Source of the DNA: an uncultured delta proteobacterium
GTDB lineage: Bacteria > Myxococcota_A > Polyangia > Fen-1088
Direction of reading: 5' to 3'
Assembly: GCA_963737265.1 (NCBI GenBank)
Contig: CAVTRY010000013.1
Span: 1-64,000 of the forward strand
Length of the DNA: 64,000 bases
This document shows, in pieces, positions 41,359-50,480 of the stretch. The first letter of the stretch is position 1. Every line of letters starts with the position of its first letter. The notes under the pieces were generated by a model, which was given only the letters and a program-made list of their open reading frames with translations, did not search any database and was not told the origin of the DNA. A program made the position numbers and the translations under genes.

Positions 41359-44300
41359 ATGCCCTCCTTTGCCATTCGACATCCGTATTTGTTGATCGTT
41401 GTTTGTTTGTTCGTTTGCGTGCTCGGTCTGACCAGCGTCACGCGCATGCCCGTGGATATGTTTCCACCGATCAATCTTCCGGTGGTACTGGTCGCGACGT
41501 TTTATAGCGGAATGCCCCCGCAGCAGATCGAAGCCGACATTACCGACACGTTCGAGCGTTTTTTCACACTGGCCAGCGGAATCGACCACATGGAATCGCG
41601 GTCGATGACCGGCGTCAGCCTCATTAAGATCTACTTTCAACCGGGAACCGATGCGAATGCCGACGTGACCCAGGTCTCGAACCTCGCCATGGCGGACCTC
41701 CGAAGGCTGCCTCAGGGAACACTCCCCCCCGTCGTCATGAAGGTGGATGCCTCCAGTTTGCCGGTTTGCCTCTTGACCGTTTCGGGAGAGGGGTTGAACG
41801 AAACCCAGCTCCACGACTACCTGCAATACCAGATCCGAAACCAGGTCGCCGGCGTCCCTGGTGCGACGGTTCCACCCCCGTACGGCGGAAAATATCGGCA
41901 GATCATGGTCTATGTGGACCCGGTCAAACTGCAAGCCCACGAATTGAGTCCCATGGATGTGGTCCGCGCGACCAACTCTTCGAACTTGATTCTGCCTGCC
42001 GGGGACGTACGGATCGGGCCAATGGATTACAACATTTACACCAACGCCCAGGTCTCGGATGCAAAGGACCTTAACGGAGTCCCGATCAAAACCGAGGGCC
42101 AGAAATCCGTGTTTCTCTCCGACGTAGGCAGCGCTGTCGACGGCTCGGCCACGCAATACAACATTGTCCGTGTGGACGGCCAGAAATCGGTGTACGTCGC
42201 GGTGCAGAAGCAAGGCGGCGACACGAACACCATTGCCGTTGTGAACGGGATCAAGAACGCCATACAATTTCTGCGCGATATTCCGTCCCAGCTCAAGGCG
42301 CACGTCGTTTTCGACCAGTCTCTCTTCGTCAAGCAAGCCATTTCGACTGTACTTCGCGAGGGCAGCATCGGTCTTCTACTGACCGCAATCATGGTGCTGA
42401 TTTTTCTCGGGAGCGTTCGGGCCACGCTGGCCGTGCTTCTTTCGATTCCGCTTTCCGTCATGATCGTATTTTTCGTGCTCTATACCGGGAATCGCTCGAT
42501 CGACAGCATGGTTTTGAGCGGACTGGCCCTGGCGTTTTCCCGCTTGATCGACAACTCCGTGATCGTCCTCGAAAATATTTTTCGCCACATCGAGCACGGC
42601 GAGGACCCTCCGACTGCGGCGGAGAAGGGCGCCAATGAAGTGGTTCTCCCCGTGCTCGCGATCACGTTGATCGCGGTAGTAGTGTTCTTTCCGGTGACGT
42701 TTTTGTTCGGAGTCAGCAAGGACTTGTTCACCGCTCTCGCCCTCGCCGTTGTGATCGCTCTGTTTGCTTCTTACTTCGTTGCCGTCACGGTTGTGCCTCT
42801 TTACAGCGCGCGCTACCTCAAGCCGATGGAGGCGCATGGCGAACAGGAAGGGCGCTCCGCACTGGCCGGATTTCACACCTGGTTCAACGCCAAATTCGAG
42901 ATGCTTGCTGAACTTTTACGAACGATGGGTGCGAAGCGCCCTCGACCACCCCGCGAGAGTTCTCTATGGATTCGGCGCCTTGTTTCTCCTGAGCTTCCTT
43001 CTATTTCCCTTCGTGGGGCTTTCGTTTTTCCCCGAACCGATGCCGGGCAATTTGTGATCAACGTGAAGGCCCCGACGGGCACTCGAATCGAGCTGACGGA
43101 AAAATACGTGGAAAAGGTGGAAGACATCGTGCGGCAAATCGTTCCCGCCTCCGAGCTGAATACCATTGTTTCCAACATTGGCCTCACGCCTGACCTGTCC
43201 TCGCTGTTCACGCCGAATTCCGGAATGCACACGGCTTTCGTTCAAGTGGGACTGAAGGAGGACCATCAAGTGAATAGTTACGTCTACATGGGCCGGGTCC
43301 GCAATCGCGTAGCGAGGGAACTTCCGGAGTTGCGGACGTTCTTCCAGTCCGGCGGATTGGTCGATGCGGTCTTGAACCAGGGCGCCCCTGCGCCAATCGA
43401 CGTTCAAGTCAGCGGAATGGATTTGGAGGGAGATGACCGCGTTGCCGAGGAGCTCGCTCGCAAATTCCGTGCGGTACCGGGAGTTTCCGACGTGTACGTT
43501 CCGCAGGACATGGACTATCCGGCGTTGCAAGTGAACGTGGATCGCGAGCGCGCCAGCGAATTGGGACTGGACTCGAAGGAAGTGATCGACAACGTGATTA
43601 CGTCGCTGACCTCGGACGCGATGATTGCGCCGAGCTACTGGGTCGATCCCAAAAGCGGTAATAACTATTTCGTAACTGTCCAATATCCCGAAAATCAGGT
43701 GAAGTCCATCGAGGATCTGAAGGCCATGCCGTTGCACGCTCCCAATCTGAAACTTCCGACGTATTTGAATCAAGTCGCCGACGTGCGCCTGATCCGTTCT
43801 CCCACCGAAGTAGACCACTACCAACTGCAAAGAAGCATTGACGTGTATGTCTCCCCCTCCGGCGAGGATCTCGGGAAAGTCGCGAAAGCTGTTACAAAGA
43901 TTATCGCGGACACGCAACTTCCTCCGAACCTTCGCATTAACCTGCGGGGATTAGTGGTCACCATGCAGTCTTCGTTCCGGAGCTTCGGGTTTGGGCTTCT
44001 GCTCGCCGTGCTGCTGGCCTATTTGGTTTTGGTCGCGCAGTTCACATCCTTTGCCGATCCCTTTTTGATTGTTCTGGCGGTTCCGACCGGCATCATCGGA
44101 GTCCTGTTCACTCTCGCTCTGACCGGAACCACGCTGAACATCCAATCGCTGATGGGGGTGGTGATGCTGCAGGGAATGGTGGTCTCGAACAGTATCCTCA
44201 TCGTGGATTTCGCCAATGTGCTCCGCAGCGAGGGACATTCCGTCCTGGAAGCGATCGCGGACGCTTGCCGAATCCGTTTGCGTCCGATCCTGATGACTTC

Positions 44301-44505
44301 CTTGGCAACCATTGTCGGACTCCTGCCAATGGCCCTTAAACTGGAAACCGGCAGCGAAGCGTATGCACCGCTGGCGCTGGTCATTATCGGAGGATTGATC
44401 TCGTCCATCCTCCTGACGATCTTCGTCGTGCCGGCGGCCTACCTGTTGATCTACCGGCGTCGCGAAGCATCGGCGCGCGCCCCGGTCTTAGGGGAGGCGC
44501 ATTAA
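41359..44505 (+). CDS. RND efflux permease (AcrB/CzcA superfamily); compensating frameshifts about 42900-43030
   Basis: 1048 aa with PVDMFPPI, LIDNSVIVLENI and RLRPILMTS; the TM7 region is found in the alternative frame (LLNFYERWV...LSFFP). Confidence 0.93.
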   Translation: MPSFAIRHPYLLIVVCLFVCVLGLTSVTRMPVDMFPPINLPVVLVATFYSGMPPQQIEADITDTFERFFTLASGIDHMESRSMTGVSLIKIYFQPGTDANADVTQVSNLAMADLRRLPQGTLPPVVMKVDASSLPVCLLTVSGEGLNETQLHDYLQYQIRNQVAGVPGATVPPPYGGKYRQIMVYVDPVKLQAHELSPMDVVRATNSSNLILPAGDVRIGPMDYNIYTNAQVSDAKDLNGVPIKTEGQKSVFLSDVGSAVDGSATQYNIVRVDGQKSVYVAVQKQGGDTNTIAVVNGIKNAIQFLRDIPSQLKAHVVFDQSLFVKQAISTVLREGSIGLLLTAIMVLIFLGSVRATLAVLLSIPLSVMIVFFVLYTGNRSIDSMVLSGLALAFSRLIDNSVIVLENIFRHIEHGEDPPTAAEKGANEVVLPVLAITLIAVVVFFPVTFLFGVSKDLFTALALAVVIALFASYFVAVTVVPLYSARYLKPMEAHGEQEGRSALAGFHTWFNAKFEMLAELLRTMGAKRPRPPRESSLWIRRLVSPELPSISLRGAFVFPRTDAGQFVINVKAPTGTRIELTEKYVEKVEDIVRQIVPASELNTIVSNIGLTPDLSSLFTPNSGMHTAFVQVGLKEDHQVNSYVYMGRVRNRVARELPELRTFFQSGGLVDAVLNQGAPAPIDVQVSGMDLEGDDRVAEELARKFRAVPGVSDVYVPQDMDYPALQVNVDRERASELGLDSKEVIDNVITSLTSDAMIAPSYWVDPKSGNNYFVTVQYPENQVKSIEDLKAMPLHAPNLKLPTYLNQVADVRLIRSPTEVDHYQLQRSIDVYVSPSGEDLGKVAKAVTKIIADTQLPPNLRINLRGLVVTMQSSFRSFGFGLLLAVLLAYLVLVAQFTSFADPFLIVLAVPTGIIGVLFTLALTGTTLNIQSLMGVVMLQGMVVSNSILIVDFANVLRSEGHSVLEAIADACRIRLRPILMTSLATIVGLLPMALKLETGSEAYAPLALVIIGGLISSILLTIFVVPAAYLLIYRRREASARAPVLGEAH

Positions 44506-45851
44506 TGCGTAGTTCTTGTGGCTCGTTGCTTTTTCTTATTTTCACCGGCGTCCTTTTCGCTGCCGGCCCATCTGGAGCGCAAACTCCGCCGCAGAATTCC
44601 GCTCTAGGTCCATCGCAAACCCCCAATCAAAATGCGCAGCGCCTGACGATGCAGGACGCGGAAAAGATTGCCATCCAAAACCATCCGCAGATTCAAGCGG
44701 CGACGGAATTAGCTTCGGCCGCCGCGGCTCAGGTGAAGGAGATTCAATCCGCCTATTATCCGCAATCGAGCGGGGCTTTCACGGGCGCCAAGGCGGAATC
44801 GAACAGCCGCATCGCCGCGGGGTTCTTGAACAGCCCGTCCTTGTTCGACAAGTTTGCCGAAGGGATTTCCGTTAGCCAGCTCGTGACCGACTTCGGCCGG
44901 ACGCACGAGCTCTCGAAGAGTTCGCATTTTCACGCGCAGGCGCAGCAGGAAAATGTTGTTACCACGCGCGCCGATGTGCTTTTGCGCGTCAACCTGTCCT
45001 ACTTCGCCGTGATGAAGGCGCAATCAGTCCTTCAAGTCGCTGAGGAGACGGTAAAGGCGCGCCAGTTGGTCGTCGATCAAGTGAGCGCCCTCGCGAAGAG
45101 CAGCCTCAAGTCCGGCCTGGACGTGAGTTTTGCGAATGTGGACCTGGCTCGAGCGCAGCTCTTGCTGGTGCAGGCGCAAAACGACTTGCAATCCTCCTAT
45201 GCGCAACTTTCCGACGCGCTCGGTTATTCGGACCAGCGGACGTTTCAGCTGGTCGACGAGCCTTCGCCGGGTTCTCCTCCGCCGGATGTGGCGCCGCTGA
45301 TTGCCGAAGCGTTGCAGAACCGGCCCGAAATCATAAGTCAGGGGTTTGACCTGCGGTCGGCGCAAAGCTACGCCACAGCGGAACGCGATCTCTGGTTTCC
45401 CACGATCTCGGCCGCCGGAGTAACCGGCCTTGTCCCCTACCGGCAAGACACATTGCCCAGCCGCTACGCCGCGGCGGGATTCAACGTCAATGTCCCGATC
45501 TTTAACGGACGACTTTTTAACGCCGAGCACACGGAGGCGACGGCGCGTGCACGCGCGCAGGAGCAATTTCTTCGCGATCTTCAGAACCGCGTCGCCCAGG
45601 ACGTCCGCACGTCCTGGCTCAATGTCATCTCCGCCTACCAGCGCCTATCCCTCACCCAACAATTGCTCGATCAGACCACCCAGGCTTTCGATCTGGCCAA
45701 GGGGCGGTACCAATTGGGCTTGAGCTCGATCATCGAACTCAGCCAGGCGCAATTGAATTTGACCGAGGCGCAAGTCGAGCAAGTCAGCGCGCAGTACGAT
45801 TACGAAAGCCAGACAGCCAATTTGAATTACCAGTTGGGACGCGTGAAGTGA
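44505..45851 (+). CDS. TolC-family outer membrane efflux protein
   Basis: Signal peptide, AIQNHP, RPEI, VPIFNG and RYQLGLSSIIELSQAQ; TAATG coupling with the permease. Confidence 0.92.
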   Translation: MRSSCGSLLFLIFTGVLFAAGPSGAQTPPQNSALGPSQTPNQNAQRLTMQDAEKIAIQNHPQIQAATELASAAAAQVKEIQSAYYPQSSGAFTGAKAESNSRIAAGFLNSPSLFDKFAEGISVSQLVTDFGRTHELSKSSHFHAQAQQENVVTTRADVLLRVNLSYFAVMKAQSVLQVAEETVKARQLVVDQVSALAKSSLKSGLDVSFANVDLARAQLLLVQAQNDLQSSYAQLSDALGYSDQRTFQLVDEPSPGSPPPDVAPLIAEALQNRPEIISQGFDLRSAQSYATAERDLWFPTISAAGVTGLVPYRQDTLPSRYAAAGFNVNVPIFNGRLFNAEHTEATARARAQEQFLRDLQNRVAQDVRTSWLNVISAYQRLSLTQQLLDQTTQAFDLAKGRYQLGLSSIIELSQAQLNLTEAQVEQVSAQYDYESQTANLNYQLGRVK

Positions 45852-45900
45852 ACAATCGCGGATTTCTGCATGCCTGCGTGCCCGGTGCAATTCGCGGGGA

Positions 45901-45968
45901 TGTAGCGCCAACCTTTAGGTTGGCATTTTTGATCGCCGGCAAATGCCCGCCTGAAGGCGGGCGCTACA
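45901..45968. repeat. REP inverted pair, family A with one covariant arm
   Basis: TGTAGCGCCAACCTTTAGGTTGGC...GCCCGCCTGAAGGCGGGCGCTACA. Confidence 0.88.
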
Positions 45969-46046
45969 CAACCCCCGGACATTTGAATGCCGGTGCGCCA
46001 TCTCCGCGCTTGACAACTTAATTTCTTGCGCCCTATGCTGAGGCCC

Positions 46047-46475
46047 GTGAAAATCTCCATTGGTTCCGATCACGCCGGATTTGAATACAAGGAAAAAATA
46101 CGGGCACTTCTGTCCTCGCTCGGCCATGAAGTGAAGGACTTCGGCACGTACAGCGCCGAGCCGCCCGTGGACTATCCGCTCTTCATCCGCCCCACGGCGG
46201 AGGCCGTCGCCTGCGGCGAGTTCGAGCGCGGCATCGTGCTCGGCGGTTCGGGAAACGGGGAAGCGATGGTCGCCAACAAGGTGCATGGCATCCGCTGCGC
46301 GCTTTGCTGGAGCCTGGAGACAGCCCGCCTCGGGCGAGCCCACAACGACAGCAACGTCCTTTCAATCGGCCAGAGAATGATTCCCGAGGATCTGGCGCTG
46401 GAAATTGTGAAGGTTTGGCTCGTCACGCCTTTCGAGGGCGGTCGTCACATCCGCCGCATCGCCGAGATCGAATAA
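46047..46475 (+). CDS. rpiB: Ribose-5-phosphate isomerase B
   Basis: GSDHAG, VDYP, GGSGNGE, ANKV, HNDSN and FEGGRH motifs; TTGACA-N18-TATGCT ends 7 nt before the GTG. Confidence 0.93.
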   Translation: MKISIGSDHAGFEYKEKIRALLSSLGHEVKDFGTYSAEPPVDYPLFIRPTAEAVACGEFERGIVLGGSGNGEAMVANKVHGIRCALCWSLETARLGRAHNDSNVLSIGQRMIPEDLALEIVKVWLVTPFEGGRHIRRIAEIE

Positions 46476-46502
46476 TATTCATTGGGCCTTCCCGAGGTGA
46501 TC

Positions 46503-47531
46503 ATGAAGCGGCTTTTGAAAGTGTCCGTTGTAATTGTGCTGTGCCTCGTCGTCTTGCTTGCAGCGGGAATTACGGCGACGATTGGCTGGCGTCCGTTCAT
46601 TGGCCCGCGCATGCGCCCCCTGACCAATCGAGTGTTCGAAAAGACCCCGGAGCGATGGTCGCGCGGACAATACATTGTCGAAAACGAAGCCGCGTGCATG
46701 GATTGCCATTCGCCGCACGATTGGACCAAGCACGACGCCCCAATGATTCCCGGCATGGAAGGGGCTGGCCAGGATTTTTCGATCTTGCAGGGCTTGCCGG
46801 GCCATGTGGTGGTGCCCAATATTACGCCCGATCCCGAGACCGGGGCCGGTACGTGGAGCGATGACGCCCTGGCCAGGGCGATTCGCGAGGGGATCGGGCA
46901 CGACGGCCGAACGTTATTTCCTCTGATGCCCTACGAAAACTACCGGCACATGCCGGATGAGGATCTGGCATCGGTGATTGTGTATTTGCGTTCACTGCCG
47001 CCCGTTCGGAACGCCATGCCGAAAACGGAAATCATTTTTCCCGTGAAATATCTCATGCGAAGCACGCCTCAGCCGGTCACGGAGCCAGTGTCCGCTCCCG
47101 ATGTTTCCGACCCGGTGAAGCGCGGCGCCTTCCTGATGACCATCGCGAGTTGCAGGGACTGCCACACACCGATGGATAAGGGCGCGCCACTCCCGAACAT
47201 GGATCTGGCGGGCGGACAGATTTTCGAGGGCCCGTGGGGAAGAGTCGCCACACCTAACCTGACTCCCGATCCGTCGGGCATTCCGTACTACGACGAAATT
47301 CTGTTTTTGCAGGCGATTCGAACCGGATACGTCAAGGCCCGGCCTTTGAATCAGATGATGCCCTGGCACATTTACCGCGGCATGACGGACGACGATTTGA
47401 AGGCCATTTTTGCCTATTTGAAGACGGTCAAGCCTGTCCATCATGTTGTGGATAATGCGGAGCCGCCGACGATGTGCGTGTTATGCGGGGCGATGCACGG
47501 CGGCGGGGATAAGAATCAGAAAGCGCAGTAG
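46503..47531 (+). CDS. Membrane-anchored dihaem c-type cytochrome
   Basis: CMDCH and CRDCH haem motifs, each followed by PN(I/L)TPD and MP(Y/W) Met-ligand motifs. Confidence 0.9.
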   Translation: MKRLLKVSVVIVLCLVVLLAAGITATIGWRPFIGPRMRPLTNRVFEKTPERWSRGQYIVENEAACMDCHSPHDWTKHDAPMIPGMEGAGQDFSILQGLPGHVVVPNITPDPETGAGTWSDDALARAIREGIGHDGRTLFPLMPYENYRHMPDEDLASVIVYLRSLPPVRNAMPKTEIIFPVKYLMRSTPQPVTEPVSAPDVSDPVKRGAFLMTIASCRDCHTPMDKGAPLPNMDLAGGQIFEGPWGRVATPNLTPDPSGIPYYDEILFLQAIRTGYVKARPLNQMMPWHIYRGMTDDDLKAIFAYLKTVKPVHHVVDNAEPPTMCVLCGAMHGGGDKNQKAQ

Positions 47532-47607
47532 GACGGGCTTCAGCCTGTCTGGGTTTGAATTTTGCGGACTCTGCGTCCAAAGCAGACAGGCTTGAAGCCT
47601 GTCCTAC
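47528..47607. repeat. REP inverted pair, family B, overlapping both flanking stop codons
   Basis: GTAGGACGGGCTTCAGCCTGTC...GACAGGCTTGAAGCCTGTCCTAC. Confidence 0.9.
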
Positions 47608-48656
47608 TGTTTCCCAATCACCAGTACTCCAAATGTGCCGGGGAGAACCGGGGGTCTCGCCCTCGGATTCTCGGGAGTCGGAGCTGGGCGGGGGCCAAGT
47701 TCCGCGGCTGCGACATACACCCTGCCGGTTTTTCGATCGACAGCCATCGTGCGCGCGCCTGCTTGCGTGGGCACGTTTTCGACAAGCTCATACTGGTCCG
47801 GCGTTTTTTCATGGAAAATCGAGAGAACGCCGTCCGCGCCCGTGGAAAAATAGGCCAGCCCCGATTTCGGATCGAACTCCGCAGCGTCCACGCCTCCGCC
47901 GATTTTGTTGCTGGCGACGATCTTGCCCGAGGTCGCGTCCACAACGATCATCATTCCGGCGCCGCGGCAGCCGATGAAAATGCGCGCGTGGGCGCGGTCC
48001 ATGTCCATACTGCTGGGCGCTTCGCACGGGGCCGTGGACCAGGTTTCCATCACTTTCAATTCCTTCGCGTCGAGTTTCAAGAGGGTGTTGCGATCCTGCA
48101 TGTTCAGGAAGACGTGCCCGGCTTCGTCGGAGGCGAGGTGTTCCGTTCTGCCGCCCAGATTTTCGATTGTTCCGGCGATTTTGCCGGTCTTCGCATCGAT
48201 GGCGGTGACGCGTTTGCTGCCGCGGTCCGCGGTAAAGATGCGCTTCGTCAAATGGTCGTAGATGATTCCATTCGGGTCGTCTCCCACCCTCACTTCGCCG
48301 ATCTTCGCCAGGTTTTTGAGATCGAAGATCACGACGGAGCCGGGATTGCTCTGGGTGATGAATCCGCGTCCAAATTCGGAAGCGATTGCGGCGCCGTGCA
48401 TGTCCGGGCCGCCCGTGATTTTTCCGATGATGGCTCCGGTATCGAGATCGAGGACAACAATCTCTTTGTCGTGCGAAACGTACAACCTGCGGCCATCGCT
48501 GTCCGCCGCGACATAATCCCATCCTCCGTCGCCGGGGATGGGAATCTTTTTGATTAGATGGTAAGCGCCTGCGGCCGCCGCTGCGATTGCAATCAATGTG
48601 GAAAAAACTAATGTGAAAGCTGCGAGCCGCAGGATTCCAGTTTCAGTTTTCTTCAT
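47604..48656 (-). CDS. YncE-like secreted beta-propeller protein
   Basis: Signal peptide, GDGGWDY, RRLYVSH, repeated blade motifs and GARTMAVD. Confidence 0.88.
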   Translation of the reverse strand: MKKTETGILRLAAFTLVFSTLIAIAAAAAGAYHLIKKIPIPGDGGWDYVAADSDGRRLYVSHDKEIVVLDLDTGAIIGKITGGPDMHGAAIASEFGRGFITQSNPGSVVIFDLKNLAKIGEVRVGDDPNGIIYDHLTKRIFTADRGSKRVTAIDAKTGKIAGTIENLGGRTEHLASDEAGHVFLNMQDRNTLLKLDAKELKVMETWSTAPCEAPSSMDMDRAHARIFIGCRGAGMMIVVDATSGKIVASNKIGGGVDAAEFDPKSGLAYFSTGADGVLSIFHEKTPDQYELVENVPTQAGARTMAVDRKTGRVYVAAAELGPRPAPTPENPRARPPVLPGTFGVLVIGKQ

Positions 48657-48776
48657 CGTATTCTTCCTCGATTGCGCGTCGACAACGGCTACTCAAGTGA
48701 AGGCATTCTATCCCGGATTTTCACCATTGGTTTCAGAATCTGCACCTATGCCGTGGATGGGACTTGGCCTGCAGCA

Positions 48777-48809
48777 TTCGTGGCGCCGGCGGGACGCCGG
48801 CGCCACGAA
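48777..48809. repeat. GTGG-type palindrome, family D
   Basis: TTCGTGGCGCCGGCG-GGA-CGCCGGCGCCACGAA; related pair at 60722-60800. Confidence 0.75.
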
Positions 48810-48851
48810 AGGTTTGTGTTCCTCCGAATAGGATTTGGCGCGAAATAAATG

Positions 48852-50480
48852 CTAATCCACGGCGGGAAGCTTGGAAACATCCCAGCCGCCGCCGAGGGCT
48901 TCCACAAGGAGAACGGTGGACGTCAAACGGCGAGTCAGGAGACTGACGGCCGCCCGTTCGTTTGACAGCGCGGCGCTCTGCGCGGTAATCACGGTCAGGT
49001 AGGTGTCAAGCCCGCCCTTGTACCGGTTCGTGGATTGCTCGAGAGCGCGATTCGCGGCTCCAACCGCCGCGTCCTGCGTCTTCGCTTCTTCCTCGAGGAC
49101 TCGAAGGTCGGACAAGGAATCCTCCACCTGCTGGAACGAGGTGAGCACCGTCTGCTGATAATCCGCAATCATTTCGTCGTAGCTGGCGATGGCCTGATCG
49201 GATACGGCGCGCCTGCGCCCGGCATCGAAAACAGTTTCCGCCGCGGTCGCGCCAATGGACCAGAGTGCGCTCGGCCCCGTCAGCCAATTTGGAAACCGGC
49301 CGCTCTCGAATCCTCCCACGAGCCCCAGGGTGATCGTCGGGAAAAAAGCCGCCCTCGCGATTCCAACCTGCTCGTTGGCGGAGGCGACTCGTCTTTCCGC
49401 GCCGGCAATGTCGGGGCGCCTTTCGACGAGTTCAGACGGAAGCCCGGGAGGAGGCACCGGCGGAGTGGCGGGCAGCGGAGCGGGATCCAGACTGAAAGTG
49501 GAAGCCGGCTGCCCGATGAGTACGGCGACGGCGTGTTCAAATTGGTCCCGCGCGGAAGTAATGTCAATATCCTGGGCGCGCGTTTGCTCGAGTTGCGTGT
49601 CGGCCAACTCCACGTCTTCCCGCGAAGCGACGCCGCCCTTGAAACGGTCCTCGGTGAGTTGCACCGCTTTTTGAAAGGCATCGACGTTGGTATCGAAGAG
49701 CTGCTTCTGCGCATCGAGTCCGCGGAGCGTCAAGTAATCCAGCGCCAGTTCCGCATGTAGGCTGAGACGCAGCGTTTCGAGATCTGCGGCCGAGGCCTGC
49801 GCCAGCGAGCGGCTTGATTGCACGCTTCGACGGACACTCCCCCAGACGTCCGCCTCATAGGAAAAATCTCCCGCGAGCGTCAGGTCCGAATAATTGACCG
49901 GAGCGGTCCCGCCGAAAAGGGCTTTATGCTGGGATTGCCGGTCTTGCGACGGCGTTACGCTGGCGGTGACGAGCGGATACAGGGCGGATCGCGTCTCCCG
50001 CAGCACGTCGCGCGCTTCCTGAAACCGGTCCACGGCGGCTCGCAGGGATTGGTTGGAGACGTCGACTTTTTCTTCCAGGGCATTCAGCTGGGGGTCCTGA
50101 AAAATCTCCCACCATTTTCCCTTTTGCGCCTGGTCGCCCGGCTGCGCCGGTTTCCAGTTTGCATTTTCCTTGTATGCAGGCGGAATTTGCGTCGTGGGTT
50201 TTGAATACTTCGGGCCCACGGAGCAGCCGCCGGCGAGGAGAATGCCCAGGGAAAGAATCGGAAATATTCGCAGGCGAAACGCGCTTCGACAGAAGCGCCC
50301 CGCATTTTTGTCATTCCGAGCGGAGCGAGGAATCTCTCTTTCTTTTCTTAAACGTAAACCGAGGAGAGATTCCTCGCTCCGCTCGGAATGACAAAATTGA
50401 TTATTGTTTCCGCAGCCGGAAAAGTAACTTCCAGGCTGGCCATGTTGGAATGACCGGGAATCTCCAGTCCGCCGAAACAT
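48852..50480 (-). CDS. NodT/OprM-family outer membrane efflux lipoprotein
   Basis: LLAGG-CSVGPKY lipobox, WWEIFQDPQL, PSELVERRPDI and ALGGGW; the ATG at 50480 overlaps the upstream stop (TGATG). Confidence 0.9.
   Translation of the reverse strand: MFRRTGDSRSFQHGQPGSYFSGCGNNNQFCHSERSEESLLGLRLRKEREIPRSARNDKNAGRFCRSAFRLRIFPILSLGILLAGGCSVGPKYSKPTTQIPPAYKENANWKPAQPGDQAQKGKWWEIFQDPQLNALEEKVDVSNQSLRAAVDRFQEARDVLRETRSALYPLVTASVTPSQDRQSQHKALFGGTAPVNYSDLTLAGDFSYEADVWGSVRRSVQSSRSLAQASAADLETLRLSLHAELALDYLTLRGLDAQKQLFDTNVDAFQKAVQLTEDRFKGGVASREDVELADTQLEQTRAQDIDITSARDQFEHAVAVLIGQPASTFSLDPAPLPATPPVPPPGLPSELVERRPDIAGAERRVASANEQVGIARAAFFPTITLGLVGGFESGRFPNWLTGPSALWSIGATAAETVFDAGRRRAVSDQAIASYDEMIADYQQTVLTSFQQVEDSLSDLRVLEEEAKTQDAAVGAANRALEQSTNRYKGGLDTYLTVITAQSAALSNERAAVSLLTRRLTSTVLLVEALGGGWDVSKLPAVD
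50306..50396. repeat. Palindromic element with perfect 33-bp arms (GTCATTCCGAGCGGAGCGAGGAATCT type)
   Basis: 50306-50338 is the exact reverse complement of 50364-50396; 25-bp loop. Confidence 0.92.

Noticed and set aside
42900-43030. Programmed frameshifting in the RND permease and other genes
   Set aside because: No consistent slippery sites; scattered indels fit sequencing error better.
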